Positions 1 to 9,639 of a stretch of DNA of 64,000 nucleotides are shown here, in pieces. The stretch comes from Candidatus Buchananbacteria bacterium. Lineage in GTDB: Bacteria; Patescibacteriota; Patescibacteriia; Buchananbacterales; UBA6539. Numbering within the stretch: the stretch's first letter is position 1; each line of letters begins with the position of its first letter. Position numbers and translations under genes: made by a program. The notes beneath the pieces are model-generated. The model saw nothing but the letters and a program-made list of their open reading frames with translations, did no database searches and had not been told where the DNA came from. The stretch spans positions 70,410 to 134,409 of the forward strand of contig JABWCG010000001.1 of the NCBI GenBank assembly GCA_013359225.1, read 5' to 3'.

Positions 1-2
1 TT

Positions 3-120
3 GCTGATGTATCCGGCAAGGTTGTTGCGAGCCATCCGCGTTCAGCGTCAAGCGGCGCTTCAGGGTTTAGCGGTGGGTTCAGCGGCGGCGGCTTTGGCGG
101 GGGAGGCGGCGGCAGTTGGT
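3..120 (+). CDS. 3' end of an upstream gene in frame 3, with a glycine-rich C-terminal tail (…SGFSGGFSGGGFGGGGGGSW*). Alternative reading: N-terminal extension of the next ORF.
   Basis: Frame-3 translation ends at TAA 118-120. GC-rich GGN codon run. The following ORF has its own ATG plus signal peptide at 127. Confidence 0.3.
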
Positions 121-126
121 AAATAC

Positions 127-1245
127 ATGCATCAAAAAATAAAATCAAAATTTTTTAGGTTAGTTGTCATTAGCGGCTTAGCTTTATTTTTTTTCGCGCC
201 GGCTGCTTTTGCGGCAACACAAAAAATTATTTTCGATCAGCGAGAGTTAACTAATTCAGATTCAGCCTCAGCTTGGCAAATTTTTAATAATACTGATGAG
301 TCGCTATATCTGCGAGATGGCGGTTTGCTGCTTCATAGCGACGGTGACGCCTATTTAGTATATACCGGTCAGTTTAATTATCAGCAGTATGATCGGATGA
401 AACTGACTATCGCCGTCAATCAGCCGGTACGGTTGACGGTGATTCCTGACGTTTCCACGACCGGATTTAACACCTATGAGCTGCGTCGGTATATCCAGCC
501 GGCATCTCAACCGACAACCGTTGATCTGTCATTGCGGTTGCCATTTTTCAAAAATTCCATTAGTGATCTGGGAATTAATTTTTTCAGCGAGCAGCCGGCT
601 GAAATTATTATTTCGCAGATAATTTTAGAGAAGTCTGGCCCCGCGGAATTGTTTGCGGTTGCGGTTAAAGATTATCTCAGAGTTTTTGAATATTCGCCGT
701 TTACTGTTAATGTTTTTGCCGCGCCAAGAATTTTTGGTCACCCAGCCGCTGCTTATGTAATGCCGATTATTATTGTTTTAATTTTGTTGATGGTATTTAG
801 TAAACGTTGGCGACGCTTAGCAATGGTGCTAATTTTGGTTATCTGGATTATTACAGATGCTCGTATGACTTATGAATTTTTTAGCTATCATTTGGCTGAT
901 TACCGCAGTTATGTAGCGCCGGTGGTAGCCGAAAAGCGCCTTCGAACCTATGGTGATTTTTACCAATTTGCCGATTGGACTACCGCGCATATGCAGCCGG
1001 GGGCTATGATTAATTTCTATAAATCTGGTAGTGCTCATTTTCCGCGCCTGCTGCAGTACCTTACATACCCGTTGGTGATTAACGACGAAGGAACAGAGGC
1101 AAAAACGTATTTGGTGTATAATAGGAAAGATATTGTTTACGATGAATCGTCGCGATTGTTATACCTAAATGGCGTTGCGATTACCGGCGCGGGGCAGGTG
1201 ACTGATCGTTATAATACTTATTCATTTATCTTTCAAGAGGAATGA
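127..1245 (+). CDS. Hypothetical secreted/membrane-anchored protein: N-terminal signal peptide, C-terminal TM segments.
   Basis: ATG at 127, followed by K-rich n-region and hydrophobic core (KSKFFRLVVISGLALFFFAPAAFAA). Hydrophobic stretches near the C-terminus. No recognisable catalytic motif. Confidence 0.45.
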   Translation: MHQKIKSKFFRLVVISGLALFFFAPAAFAATQKIIFDQRELTNSDSASAWQIFNNTDESLYLRDGGLLLHSDGDAYLVYTGQFNYQQYDRMKLTIAVNQPVRLTVIPDVSTTGFNTYELRRYIQPASQPTTVDLSLRLPFFKNSISDLGINFFSEQPAEIIISQIILEKSGPAELFAVAVKDYLRVFEYSPFTVNVFAAPRIFGHPAAAYVMPIIIVLILLMVFSKRWRRLAMVLILVIWIITDARMTYEFFSYHLADYRSYVAPVVAEKRLRTYGDFYQFADWTTAHMQPGAMINFYKSGSAHFPRLLQYLTYPLVINDEGTEAKTYLVYNRKDIVYDESSRLLYLNGVAITGAGQVTDRYNTYSFIFQEE

Positions 1246-2633
1246 TTTTAATGTGGTTTAAAATAATCATGGCATTATTGTTGGTTTGGCCTCGTGGATA
1301 TTTGTTGATTTATCTGATTGACCGAACCAAGAGTTTTAGTTTCGGCTTTAAGTTTTTTGTCGGTTGGCTGCTTGGTCTGGCTGGATTTACTTTGGATATT
1401 TTCGCCGCCCTGGTGTTTGGCGGCCAAACGCTTAATTGGCCGGTGCTGCTATTGTCGGCAACTTCTCAAATTGTCGGCTTTGGTTTCATGATATTTTTAT
1501 TTGAGAAAAAAATTCCGTTGCCACATTTGGGTGCATTAAAGCCTTTCGTGCTTAATCAAATTAATATCATTAGATCTTTTTCTGGAATTGAGAAAACAGT
1601 TTTGTTGTTATTGGTTTTAACACTGTTATTAAGAGTTGGCGCAAGCGTCTGGCAGACTGCTTTGATTCCAACCTATGATTTTGATGCCTGGAATAACTGG
1701 AATTTGCGAGCTAAAGTCATTTATACCGAATCGGTTATCCCGCTTGATCCGGCTAACCCTTTTTATTTAGGCGGTGGTATTAAAAGTTATCCGTTAAATG
1801 ACGCGCTGTTAAAAGTTTGGTTGGCAAAGGCGGCTGGGAATTTTGACGAAGGGGTTATTAATTCGGTTAGCGTCATTTATTACTGCTTATTATTGGCAAT
1901 ATTTTATGTAGCGCTGGGTAGCGTCGTGCCTCGCTTGGTTCGATTGGTGGCAACTTATGCGCTCAGCGGCGTACCGCTGTTATATTTCCACTCTCAGGTC
2001 GCTTACGCCGACTTATATTATTCAATATTTTTATTTGTCAGCCTGCTGTCATTATTTTATTTTTTGTCCAACAATGGGTTGTCGTTTTTCTACTTGTCGG
2101 GCATTATGGCGGCTTTTGCAATCTGGACTAAAAATGAGGGTTTGACTATTTTGTTGCCGGTGCTCCTGCTTATTTCTATGGGTTTGTGGTTTTCCAAAAA
2201 GGTTAAAACTAAGGATTTCTTGCTGCATTGGTTTTTTGCGGCATTAACGATTTTTCCCTGGCTGGCCTTTAGGATAATAAACCGGCTTGATATTTTGAGT
2301 GGCGATTCTAGCAGTTTTAAGCTAGTTTATAATGGTCAATTTGTTACTGAAGTAATGTCCTCAATTTTTTTGCGCAGTCATTTTAATCTGCTGTTTGTAC
2401 TATTTTTCGTTTTAATGTTATTGAAAATAAAAGATGTTTATCGCGATCAAGCATTACGGTTTTTGTTTGCGGTCATTACAACATTATTTTTGATCTATAA
2501 CGGCATTATTATTTTTACTGATAAGGCATATGATTTGAGCGCGGCCACTCGCGTCAATTTACATTTGGTACCATTAATAGTTGCGGCGTTGGCATTCTAC
2601 TATCATAAGTTTTTTGGTAGAATAAAATTATGA
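1242..2633 (+). CDS. Polytopic integral membrane protein (more than 10 predicted TM helices). Possibly a GT-C-like or lipid-carrier-utilising enzyme.
   Basis: ATGA overlap with the upstream gene. Highly hydrophobic throughout. Co-operonic with the downstream glycosyltransferase. Confidence 0.5.
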   Translation: MILMWFKIIMALLLVWPRGYLLIYLIDRTKSFSFGFKFFVGWLLGLAGFTLDIFAALVFGGQTLNWPVLLLSATSQIVGFGFMIFLFEKKIPLPHLGALKPFVLNQINIIRSFSGIEKTVLLLLVLTLLLRVGASVWQTALIPTYDFDAWNNWNLRAKVIYTESVIPLDPANPFYLGGGIKSYPLNDALLKVWLAKAAGNFDEGVINSVSVIYYCLLLAIFYVALGSVVPRLVRLVATYALSGVPLLYFHSQVAYADLYYSIFLFVSLLSLFYFLSNNGLSFFYLSGIMAAFAIWTKNEGLTILLPVLLLISMGLWFSKKVKTKDFLLHWFFAALTIFPWLAFRIINRLDILSGDSSSFKLVYNGQFVTEVMSSIFLRSHFNLLFVLFFVLMLLKIKDVYRDQALRFLFAVITTLFLIYNGIIIFTDKAYDLSAATRVNLHLVPLIVAALAFYYHKFFGRIKL

Positions 2634-3982
2634 CATCAAGAAAATTACACAATCATAAGGCTTGGATTATTTCGGTTGATATGGGGTATGGACACCAGCG
2701 CGCCGCCGCGCCATTGCGACACTTGGCGCAAAACGGTAGAATTGTGACTTGCAATACCTATCCGGGCATTCCGACCAAAGATCGGCGAATCTGGCAGGAG
2801 AGCCGCAAGTTTTATGAATTTATTTCCCGGTTTAAACAGGTGCCGGTGCTAGGCAGTAAAGCCTGGCAAGTGTATGACAGCCTGCAAAAAATTCCTAATT
2901 TTTATCCCAAACGTGATCTTTCTAAAATGAGTTTTCAGGTCAAAAAAATTTATGACCTGATTGAAAATGAAAATTGGGGCAAGCATCTTATTGATCAGCT
3001 GGCTAAAAAACCGCTGCCGCTTGTAACAACTTTTTTTGTTCCGGCGTTTATGGCGGAAGCTTTTAATTATCCCGGTGATATTTATTGTTTGACGACTGAT
3101 ACTGACATTAATCGCGCCTGGGCGCCCAAACATCCGGCGTCAAGCCGCATCAATTATTTTGCTCCGAATTATCGCGTGGTAGAGCGCTTGAAGTTGTATG
3201 GAGTACGCTCAGAACAGATTTTTTTAACAGGATTTCCGCTGCCGCTGGAGAATATCGGTAACGATAAATTAGATGTCTTAAAGGCAGATTTGACAAAGCG
3301 ATTGGTTAATTTAGATCCAAAGAAAAATTATTACAATTTATATCATGAAGTTGTTAAAAAATATTTAGGTATCAAAAAATTGCCGGCTAAAAGCGGCCAT
3401 CGCTTAACGTTGATGTTTGCGGTTGGCGGCGCGGGAGCGCAGCGAGAAATCGGCGCCCAAATTATTACCAGTTTACGAAATGAGGTTATAACCAAAAAAA
3501 TCAGGCTGGTGTTGGTTGCCGGAATACATAACAATGTCAGTAACTTTTTTAAGGCGGCAGCAACAAAGTGTGGTTTAAAACATGAGATTGGCCAGGGCGT
3601 TGAGATTATTTATGACAATACTAAAGATGGCTATTTTCGAAAGTTTAACAAAGCGTTGCGAACGACTGATATTCTTTGGACTAAGCCGTCGGAGCTGAGT
3701 TTCTATGTCGGTTTGGGCGTTCCGATTATTATTGCGCCGCCGATTGGTTCCCAGGAAGATTTTAATCGCAAATGGCTTCGGACTATTGGCGCGGCCGTCA
3801 GCCAAGATGATCCGAAACATGCTAATCAGTGGGTGTTTGATTGGGTTGACAGCGGCTGGTTTGCCGAAGCGGCTATGCAGGGTTTTGTTGAGGCGCCAAA
3901 ATTTGGAACGTATAATATTGAACAAATTATTTTCCACCGTTCAGAAAAAGCCAAGAAGCCAAAGATGGTTTTACAGTATTAA
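2630..3982 (+). CDS. Glycosyltransferase, GT-B fold (MGDG-synthase/GT28-like N-terminal motif).
   Basis: N-terminal SVDMGYGHQRAA resembles the G-rich loop/His motif of MGDG-synthase-like GT28 enzymes. ATGA overlap with the upstream membrane protein. Confidence 0.5.
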   Translation: MTSRKLHNHKAWIISVDMGYGHQRAAAPLRHLAQNGRIVTCNTYPGIPTKDRRIWQESRKFYEFISRFKQVPVLGSKAWQVYDSLQKIPNFYPKRDLSKMSFQVKKIYDLIENENWGKHLIDQLAKKPLPLVTTFFVPAFMAEAFNYPGDIYCLTTDTDINRAWAPKHPASSRINYFAPNYRVVERLKLYGVRSEQIFLTGFPLPLENIGNDKLDVLKADLTKRLVNLDPKKNYYNLYHEVVKKYLGIKKLPAKSGHRLTLMFAVGGAGAQREIGAQIITSLRNEVITKKIRLVLVAGIHNNVSNFFKAAATKCGLKHEIGQGVEIIYDNTKDGYFRKFNKALRTTDILWTKPSELSFYVGLGVPIIIAPPIGSQEDFNRKWLRTIGAAVSQDDPKHANQWVFDWVDSGWFAEAAMQGFVEAPKFGTYNIEQIIFHRSEKAKKPKMVLQY

Positions 3983-4008
3983 TGGTGATGAATATTTTAG
4001 GGGCGCGC

Positions 4009-4039
4009 GCAGTTTAGAAAAGTAAAACTGCTTTTTATT
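4009..4039 (+). terminator. Rho-independent terminator after the glycosyltransferase gene.
   Basis: Stem gcagttt/aaactgc with loop agaaaagta, followed by ttttt. Confidence 0.5.
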
Positions 4040-4043
4040 ATCT

Positions 4044-4072
4044 TTGACACTATTGTAAATGTGTGGTATTAG
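4044..4072 (+). promoter_or_regulatory. Sigma-70-type promoter for the suf operon.
   Basis: TTGACA (4044-4049), 14-nt spacer, then extended -10 TGgTATTAG (4064-4072). Confidence 0.5.
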
Positions 4073-4106
4073 TACTTAGTTGGAATTATTAATTTTTGTA
4101 TATCAG

Positions 4107-4856
4107 ATGGCAACTGTTGTGAAAAAAAATTTAGTAATAAAAAGGTTACGTGCCGGGGTTGATGGGAAAGAAATTTTGCATCAGCTTGATTTGGTTATTA
4201 AACCGGGCAAAGTTGTTGCATTAATGGGCCCTAATGGTTCTGGCAAATCTACATTGGCGCAGGTGTTAATGGGTAATGGTGATTATCAAGTGTTGGGTGG
4301 GCAAGTGTTGTGGCAGGGTAAAAACATATTAAAACTTAAGCCTGACGAGCGTGCCAAGTTGGGGCTATTTATGTCATTTCAGTACCCCTATGAGCTTTCA
4401 GGCATTAATATGTATGAATTTTTATCAACTTCTTTTGCGGCAATTCATGGAGAAAAAAAACATCGCGTGGAATTTGAAAACAGGCTGTACCAATCGCTAA
4501 AAATTTTGCAGTTGTCTGAAACCTATTTGAATCGCTCAGTCAACGAGGGGTTTAGCGGCGGCGAAAAAAAGAAATCAGAAATTTTGCAGCTGTTACTCTT
4601 GAATCCCAAGATTGCCATTTTAGACGAAACTGATTCCGGCCTGGACATTGATGCTTTGAAGCTGATTGCTAAAAGTATCAATGGCTTGCGCTCGGCAACA
4701 AAGGGTTTTTTAGTCATTACTCATTATCAGCGTTTACTTAATTATCTTAAGCCTGACGAAGTGTGGGTGATGTTAGGCGGTAAAATTGTCAAACAGGGAC
4801 CAGTAAATTTGGTCAAGGTTCTGGAAAAAAAAGGGTATGACTGGCTTAAGTCATAA
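4107..4856 (+). CDS. sufC: Fe-S cluster assembly ATPase SufC.
   Basis: Walker [10 protein letters not shown]. SufC-typical [15 protein letters not shown] and [14 protein letters not shown] motifs. ATG at 4107 is preferred over the TTG at 4080 in the ORF track. Confidence 0.9.
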   Translation: MATVVKKNLVIKRLRAGVDGKEILHQLDLVIKPGKVVALMGPNGSGKSTLAQVLMGNGDYQVLGGQVLWQGKNILKLKPDERAKLGLFMSFQYPYELSGINMYEFLSTSFAAIHGEKKHRVEFENRLYQSLKILQLSETYLNRSVNEGFSGGEKKKSEILQLLLLNPKIAILDETDSGLDIDALKLIAKSINGLRSATKGFLVITHYQRLLNYLKPDEVWVMLGGKIVKQGPVNLVKVLEKKGYDWLKS

Positions 4857-4858
4857 AT

Positions 4859-6256
4859 ATGCCATCTAAGACGGTTAATATTAATCAAACTAAATATACT
4901 TTTCGGGATCGCCAGCAATATATTTTTAAGACACCCAAGGGTTTGACGCCGGAAGTGGTGAGAGAAATCTCACGCCAGCATTCCGAGCCGCCTTGGTTAT
5001 TGGATTTGCGATTGCGGGCGCTAGAGATTTTTTTGCAAAAGCCGATGCCGACTTGGGGGCTTGATTTGTCACAGATAAATTTTGACGAGATTACCTACTA
5101 TATCAGACCGTCGGAAAAACAATCAAACACCTGGAAAGAAGTTCCTAAGTATATCAAGACGACTTTTGACCGGCTCGGCGTGCCGCAAGCGGAACGAAAA
5201 TTTTTGGCCGGTGTCGGCGCTCAATACGAATCGGAAATTATTTATCATAACTTAAAAAAACAGTGGGCCGATTTGGGCGTGGTATTTTGTGATATGTCTG
5301 AAGCTGCTAATCTGTATCCCGATTTGGTCAAAAAACATTTTGGCACGGTCGTGCCGGCCGATGACAATAAATTTGCGGCGTTAAACACTGCCACGTGGTC
5401 GGGCGGGTCGTTTATTTATGTGCCCAAGGGTGTTGAAGTTGATTTGCCATTACAGGCTTATTTTCGGATTAATGCGCCGTCAATGGGGCAGTTTGAACGG
5501 ACATTAATTATTGTTGACGAGGGCGCCAGTGTTCACTACATTGAGGGCTGTACCGCGCCAATGTATTCTAAAGATTCTTTGCATGCGGCCGTGGTGGAAA
5601 TGGTGGCGCTGCCAAATGCGCGCGTTCGCTATACTACTATCCAAAATTGGTCGACTAATGTGTATAACCTGGTTACGAAGCGCGCTGTGGCGTATGAGAA
5701 TGCGCTGGTAGAATGGGTGGACGGTAATCTTGGTTCAAAAATGACGATGAAATATCCGGCCGTGTACCTTCGGGGACGACGAGCGAAGGCGGATATTTTA
5801 TCAATTGCGTTTGCCGGCAAGGGTCAGCAACAGGATGCCGGGGGGAAAGTCTTTCATTTTGCATCGGATACTTCGTCTAAGATCGTATCTAAATCAATTT
5901 CTAAAGACGGTGGACGGGCGGCGTATCGTGGCTTAGTTTACGTTGATAAAAATGCTGATCATTGTAAAGTCAAAGTGAATTGTGACGCCTTGATTTTAGA
6001 TGAAAAATCTAGATCCGACACTTATCCGACGATGAAGATTAGAAATAAAAAAGTAAGCATTGAACACGAAGCAACCGTATCTAAAATAAACGAAGGTCAA
6101 TTGTTTTATTTAATGTCTCGCGGTTTGACGCGCCAGGAAGCTGAGCGCATGGTTGTGGCCGGCTTTTTGGAAATTTTTGCTAAAGAGTTGCCACTTGAAT
6201 ATGCGGTTGAATTAAATCGTCTCATTGAAATGGAGATGGAGGGAAGCGTCGGATAG
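4859..6256 (+). CDS. sufB: Fe-S cluster assembly scaffold protein SufB.
   Basis: Position directly after sufC. SufB/D C-terminal beta-helix region (…[24 protein letters not shown]…LFYLMSRGL…). Length about 465 aa. Confidence 0.88.
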   Translation: MPSKTVNINQTKYTFRDRQQYIFKTPKGLTPEVVREISRQHSEPPWLLDLRLRALEIFLQKPMPTWGLDLSQINFDEITYYIRPSEKQSNTWKEVPKYIKTTFDRLGVPQAERKFLAGVGAQYESEIIYHNLKKQWADLGVVFCDMSEAANLYPDLVKKHFGTVVPADDNKFAALNTATWSGGSFIYVPKGVEVDLPLQAYFRINAPSMGQFERTLIIVDEGASVHYIEGCTAPMYSKDSLHAAVVEMVALPNARVRYTTIQNWSTNVYNLVTKRAVAYENALVEWVDGNLGSKMTMKYPAVYLRGRRAKADILSIAFAGKGQQQDAGGKVFHFASDTSSKIVSKSISKDGGRAAYRGLVYVDKNADHCKVKVNCDALILDEKSRSDTYPTMKIRNKKVSIEHEATVSKINEGQLFYLMSRGLTRQEAERMVVAGFLEIFAKELPLEYAVELNRLIEMEMEGSVG

Positions 6257-6257
6257 T

Positions 6258-7121
6258 ATGAGAAAGCCATCAGTTCAGCAATTAATTAAAAAACAAACCG
6301 GTCTTATGCCAGGTGCCGATCAAATTTTTGAAATTAAGGCCAAACCGGGAGCAGTTGTTTATTTAGCTAGTTTAAATTTAGATTTTAATAAGGAAATTTT
6401 TTTAGCGGTCAGTAATAAGAATATTACCATTATTGACGATCACGGCCTTGTAACTAAAAAAAGCCGAGCGTTGCGACTTAATATTTTGACTGGTTTTGAC
6501 AGCAACGTTGATTATGTTATCACTAGTCCGGGGGTTGATTCGTATCAGGCGTTTTATCAGTTTTATCCGGGCGAAGACGCCAGTTTGAATTGCTATGCCT
6601 TAGGTAAATTTCAGGACGAAAATTATCATTTGACTTTGGCGATCAATCAGCATTCATCCGGCAGTATTGGTAATATTATTTGTGCTTTTGATTTTAAAAA
6701 TCAGTCGCGAACAAGCGTTAGTTTAATTAATAATCATCAGGGCCGCGACACGGTTGGTGATATCAAATTTAGAGGGCTTGGTCGTGATGCGGCCAAGGCG
6801 TTGATTGAAGGAATGATCAGTATTGGTAAAAAGGGGAGTAACACTAATTCTTATCTGCAGCAGGATGTGTTGTTGGTTTCGCCGACAGCAAGCATTGATG
6901 CTAAGCCGAATTTAGAAATTTTAAATAATGAAGTCAAAGCTTCGCATGGTGCAACGTTAGCTAGCTTTGATCCGTCGGTGTTGTTTTATCTGGAAAGCCG
7001 CGGACTGGATGAGCGCCAAGCCCAGCAGTTGATTATTAATGGTTTTTTTAATTCGTTGATTGCCAAAGTTGATAACAAAATTATCATTAAACAGTTTAAA
7101 GAATTTTGGCCAACAGTATGA
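6258..7121 (+). CDS. sufD: SufD-like protein: a short SufB/D-family paralog.
   Basis: C-terminal SufBD motif (ASHGATLASFDPSVLFYLESRGLDERQAQQLIINGFF). Sits between sufB and sufS. ATG at 6258 is preferred over the TTG at 6225. Confidence 0.7.
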   Translation: MRKPSVQQLIKKQTGLMPGADQIFEIKAKPGAVVYLASLNLDFNKEIFLAVSNKNITIIDDHGLVTKKSRALRLNILTGFDSNVDYVITSPGVDSYQAFYQFYPGEDASLNCYALGKFQDENYHLTLAINQHSSGSIGNIICAFDFKNQSRTSVSLINNHQGRDTVGDIKFRGLGRDAAKALIEGMISIGKKGSNTNSYLQQDVLLVSPTASIDAKPNLEILNNEVKASHGATLASFDPSVLFYLESRGLDERQAQQLIINGFFNSLIAKVDNKIIIKQFKEFWPTV

Positions 7122-8344
7122 GTAGTATGTCTATAAAAAATATTAAAAAGGATTTTACCATTTTTGCTAAACATAAAAATTTGGTTTATTTAGATTCGGC
7201 TTCAACCAGCCAAAAACCGTTAGTGGTGATTGAAGCTGAAAGCGAGTGGTACAAAAATTATCATGCCAATATTAACCGCGGCGCCTATCGGCTGAGCGAA
7301 GCGGCGACGGGACTATACGAAATGACAAGGTCTCGCGTGGCGAGGTTTATTAATGCAGAGGCGCCAAATACAGTTGTTTTTACCAAAGGTGCCACAGAAG
7401 GGATTAACTTAGTCGCTTGGGCGTGGGCCAGACACAATTTACAAAAAGGAGATGTGATTTTACTTACGGAAATGGAACACCATGCCAATATAGTGCCCTG
7501 GCAAATGTTGGCTCAGGAGCACGGATTGGAATTAAGATTTTGGCCGATCACCGCAACAGGCGAATTGGCAATTAGTGATCTAGCTTCATTGTTTAAAGGG
7601 GTAAAGTTGTTGGCATTAACCCATGCTTCAAATGTTTTAGGAACCGTTAACCCGGTTGAAAAAATTGTTAAGTTAGCCAGTCAACAGGGGATTAAAGTTT
7701 TAGTTGATTCGGCGCAGGCGGCAGGTCACTTCAAAATTGACGTTAAAAAAATTAATCCGGACTTTTTGGTTTTTTCGGCCCATAAGATGTTTGGGCCAAC
7801 TGGTGTCGGCGTGCTGTATATCAAACCAGATCGACACAGTGAATTTGTGCCATACCAAACCGGCGGAGATATGGTGCGGGAAGTAACCAAAACCAAAACA
7901 ACCTTTGAAAAAATTCCGACAATGCTTGAGGCCGGTACCCAGGCCCTGGCCCAGGTTTTTAGTTTTGGTAAAGCTATTGAATATTTGCAGAAAATTAACA
8001 TTGAAGTTGTCGCCAAATATAATCAGGAGCTTATTAACCATGCCTGGCAAGAATTATCTAAAATTAAGGCAGTGACAATCTATGGCCCGAAGGATCGGAT
8101 TAGTTTGATTAGTTTTACCGTGAAAGATATTCATCCGCACGATTTAGCAACTCTGTTGGATCGCCATGGTATTGCTGTTCGGGCCGGACATCATTGCGCG
8201 ATGCCGCTTCATCAGGCGTTGGGGGTTAACGCGACTGTCAGAATTAGTTTGCAAATTTATAACGATAAAAAAGATATTGATTTGTTTATCAAAGCGCTTA
8301 AAGAAATTATTTTACAATGGTCTACCCATATCGCCAAAAAATAA
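7118..8344 (+). CDS. sufS: Cysteine desulfurase SufS (class V aminotransferase, group II).
   Basis: PLP-lysine motif SAHKMFGPTGVGVLY. Active-site Cys in RAGHHCAMP. ATGA overlap with sufD. Confidence 0.9.
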   Translation: MSSMSIKNIKKDFTIFAKHKNLVYLDSASTSQKPLVVIEAESEWYKNYHANINRGAYRLSEAATGLYEMTRSRVARFINAEAPNTVVFTKGATEGINLVAWAWARHNLQKGDVILLTEMEHHANIVPWQMLAQEHGLELRFWPITATGELAISDLASLFKGVKLLALTHASNVLGTVNPVEKIVKLASQQGIKVLVDSAQAAGHFKIDVKKINPDFLVFSAHKMFGPTGVGVLYIKPDRHSEFVPYQTGGDMVREVTKTKTTFEKIPTMLEAGTQALAQVFSFGKAIEYLQKINIEVVAKYNQELINHAWQELSKIKAVTIYGPKDRISLISFTVKDIHPHDLATLLDRHGIAVRAGHHCAMPLHQALGVNATVRISLQIYNDKKDIDLFIKALKEIILQWSTHIAKK

Positions 8345-8679
8345 TGGAGTTGTATCGCCGACCGCTCAATTACGGCACGGTGGCAAAGCCAACTAAAAAA
8401 TTTAAAGGCGCAAATCCCTTTTGTGGTGACGCATTAGAAATTTTTGTTGTGCTTGACCAGGATCAAAAAATCAAAACGGTAAAATGGCAAGGTCAGGGTT
8501 GTGTGATCTCACAAGTGGCTGCCTCCGTTTTGACGGAAATGATTAAGGGTAAGACTTTGGCGGCAGCGCAAAAAATTGAGTCGCAAGTGTTGATTGATCA
8601 CCTGGATTTGGAATTGTCGCCGACCAGACGTAAATGTGCTTTGTTGCCGTTATACACCATTAAGGAAATCCAAGATTGA
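8344..8679 (+). CDS. sufU: SufU/NifU-like zinc-dependent sulfurtransferase/scaffold.
   Basis: Start MELYRRPLNYG is typical of SufU/IscU. Conserved Cys in FCGD, GCVIS and RKCALLP. TAATG overlap with sufS. Confidence 0.75.
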   Translation: MELYRRPLNYGTVAKPTKKFKGANPFCGDALEIFVVLDQDQKIKTVKWQGQGCVISQVAASVLTEMIKGKTLAAAQKIESQVLIDHLDLELSPTRRKCALLPLYTIKEIQD

Positions 8680-8685
8680 TAAATA

Positions 8686-8716
8686 AAAACGCCCCTGAAA
8701 TATCAGAGGCGTTTTT
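8686..8716. terminator. Bidirectional rho-independent terminator between the suf operon and the tRNA.
   Basis: Stem aaaaacgcccctga/tcagaggcgttttt (one mismatch), loop aata, T-run on both sides. Confidence 0.6.
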
Positions 8717-8792
8717 GGTCGGGCTGGCGGGACTTGAACCCGCGACCTCAGCGTCCCGAACGCTGCGCGCTAGCCAACTGCGCTACAGCCCG
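8716..8792 (-). tRNA. tRNA-Pro, anticodon CGG.
   Basis: Reverse complement folds as a cloverleaf: acceptor CGGGCTG/CAGCCCG, D-arm GCGC/GCGC, anticodon stem CAGCG/CGCTG with loop TTCGGGA, T-arm GCGGG-TTCAAGT-CCCGC, discriminator A, encoded CCA. Confidence 0.85.
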
Positions 8793-8840
8793 TAGGTATA
8801 TTTTAGTCTAGTAAGTTTATCAAATAAAATCAAATTTTTT

Positions 8841-8886
8841 TAAAAAAGAATTCGGCCGCCGTCATCCAAGTGGAATCGGGCGGCCG
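8841..8886 (-). terminator. Candidate terminator for the minus-strand membrane-protein gene.
   Basis: GC stem cggccgcc/ggcggccg (8853-8860 / 8879-8886) flanked by an A-run on the plus strand (U-run on the minus transcript). The loop is unusually long at 18 nt. Confidence 0.4.
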
Positions 8887-8908
8887 TGGTGGTAGTGGGG
8901 TGGTGGGT

Positions 8909-9376
8909 TTATCGGATTTCGTAGTTACGTACCACGATGACGTTGCTTTTTCTGAAGCTGATCCGGTTGATGACCCAACCGGTCAGGATCAGAGAAAAGC
9001 AGGTTCCGTACCAGTACACCACTTGTCGCATCGTGGCTTCGTCGGTCATCTCCCAGAGAAGACCAAAGAATCCAAGCATGCAAAGCGGCATACCCCACTC
9101 GTGTTTTGGGTGATCCATCTGCCACCCGACCCAGGCTGCGATTTTTCGCAAAAACCCGACGGTCAGGTAGGCGATGGGGAGGAGGAATCCACCGAGCAGA
9201 TTGATCTGGCAGATCAGCTGAGCAGTGGGGTTGTCGGTGGAAATCGTGACACCGGCGGTGATGATGGAGGTGGCGAGTAGCGCCAAACAAATCTGGGGAA
9301 CCCAGAAGAGTTTGGAATACCATCCCCAAAAAGCAGCCAGCGCCACGTCAATCCCGTGACCAATCCGTTGGAACAT
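8909..9376 (-). CDS. Hypothetical small integral membrane protein (about 4 TM, 155 aa) in a high-GC islet.
   Basis: Minus-strand ORF with coherent TM helices. Overlapping plus-strand ORFs are low-complexity and look like GC artefacts. Local GC is about 55-58% against about 40% in the flanks. Confidence 0.5.
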   Translation of the reverse strand: MFQRIGHGIDVALAAFWGWYSKLFWVPQICLALLATSIITAGVTISTDNPTAQLICQINLLGGFLLPIAYLTVGFLRKIAAWVGWQMDHPKHEWGMPLCMLGFFGLLWEMTDEATMRQVVYWYGTCFSLILTGWVINRISFRKSNVIVVRNYEIR

Positions 9377-9639
9377 TGCAATTCTCCTTCGCGTTGAGCC
9401 GTTGAAAACGGCGTTGATTGTACACCCAATTTGACTTTAAGGAACTTATTTAGTATAGCATATTTTATATATTTTGTCAATATTTAGCGCTTTTGACCTA
9501 AATAGGATTTAAGAGGTAGAATAAAGTAGCCTTTATTTTGCAAAAAAAGCCTATTTTTAGCGAGAAAAAAGCGTTTAAAGGCTTAGTTGTACCAGATTAT
9601 AAAATCAACTTAAAAAGCTCAAAAATTACTTAATTCAAA

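Noticed and set aside
3575-4025. ORFs 3575-3937 (minus strand) and 3705-4025 (plus strand) overlapping the end of the glycosyltransferase gene.
   Set aside because: Internal or antisense to a longer conserved ORF. Compositionally odd (R/K-rich). No independent start signals.
4080-4106. TTG start at 4080 for sufC, plus other ORF-track GTG/TTG starts (6225, 7106, 8317, 51494, 54382, 61092).
   Set aside because: In each case an in-frame ATG sits at a 1-4-nt overlap with the upstream stop and gives an N-terminus matching homologs. The longer alternative-start ORFs are likely track artefacts.
8716-9400. tRNA-targeted integrative element with att duplication.
   Set aside because: The islet lies on the 5' side of the minus-strand tRNA, not at its 3' end. 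No integrase gene and no repeat of the tRNA 3' segment were found.
8870-9480. Plus-strand ORFs 8870-9280 and minus-strand ORFs 8925-9329 and 9214-9480 in the high-GC islet.
   Set aside because: Low-complexity, charged translations typical of spurious ORFs in GC-rich DNA. The minus-strand 8909-9376 ORF with clean TM helices explains the region.
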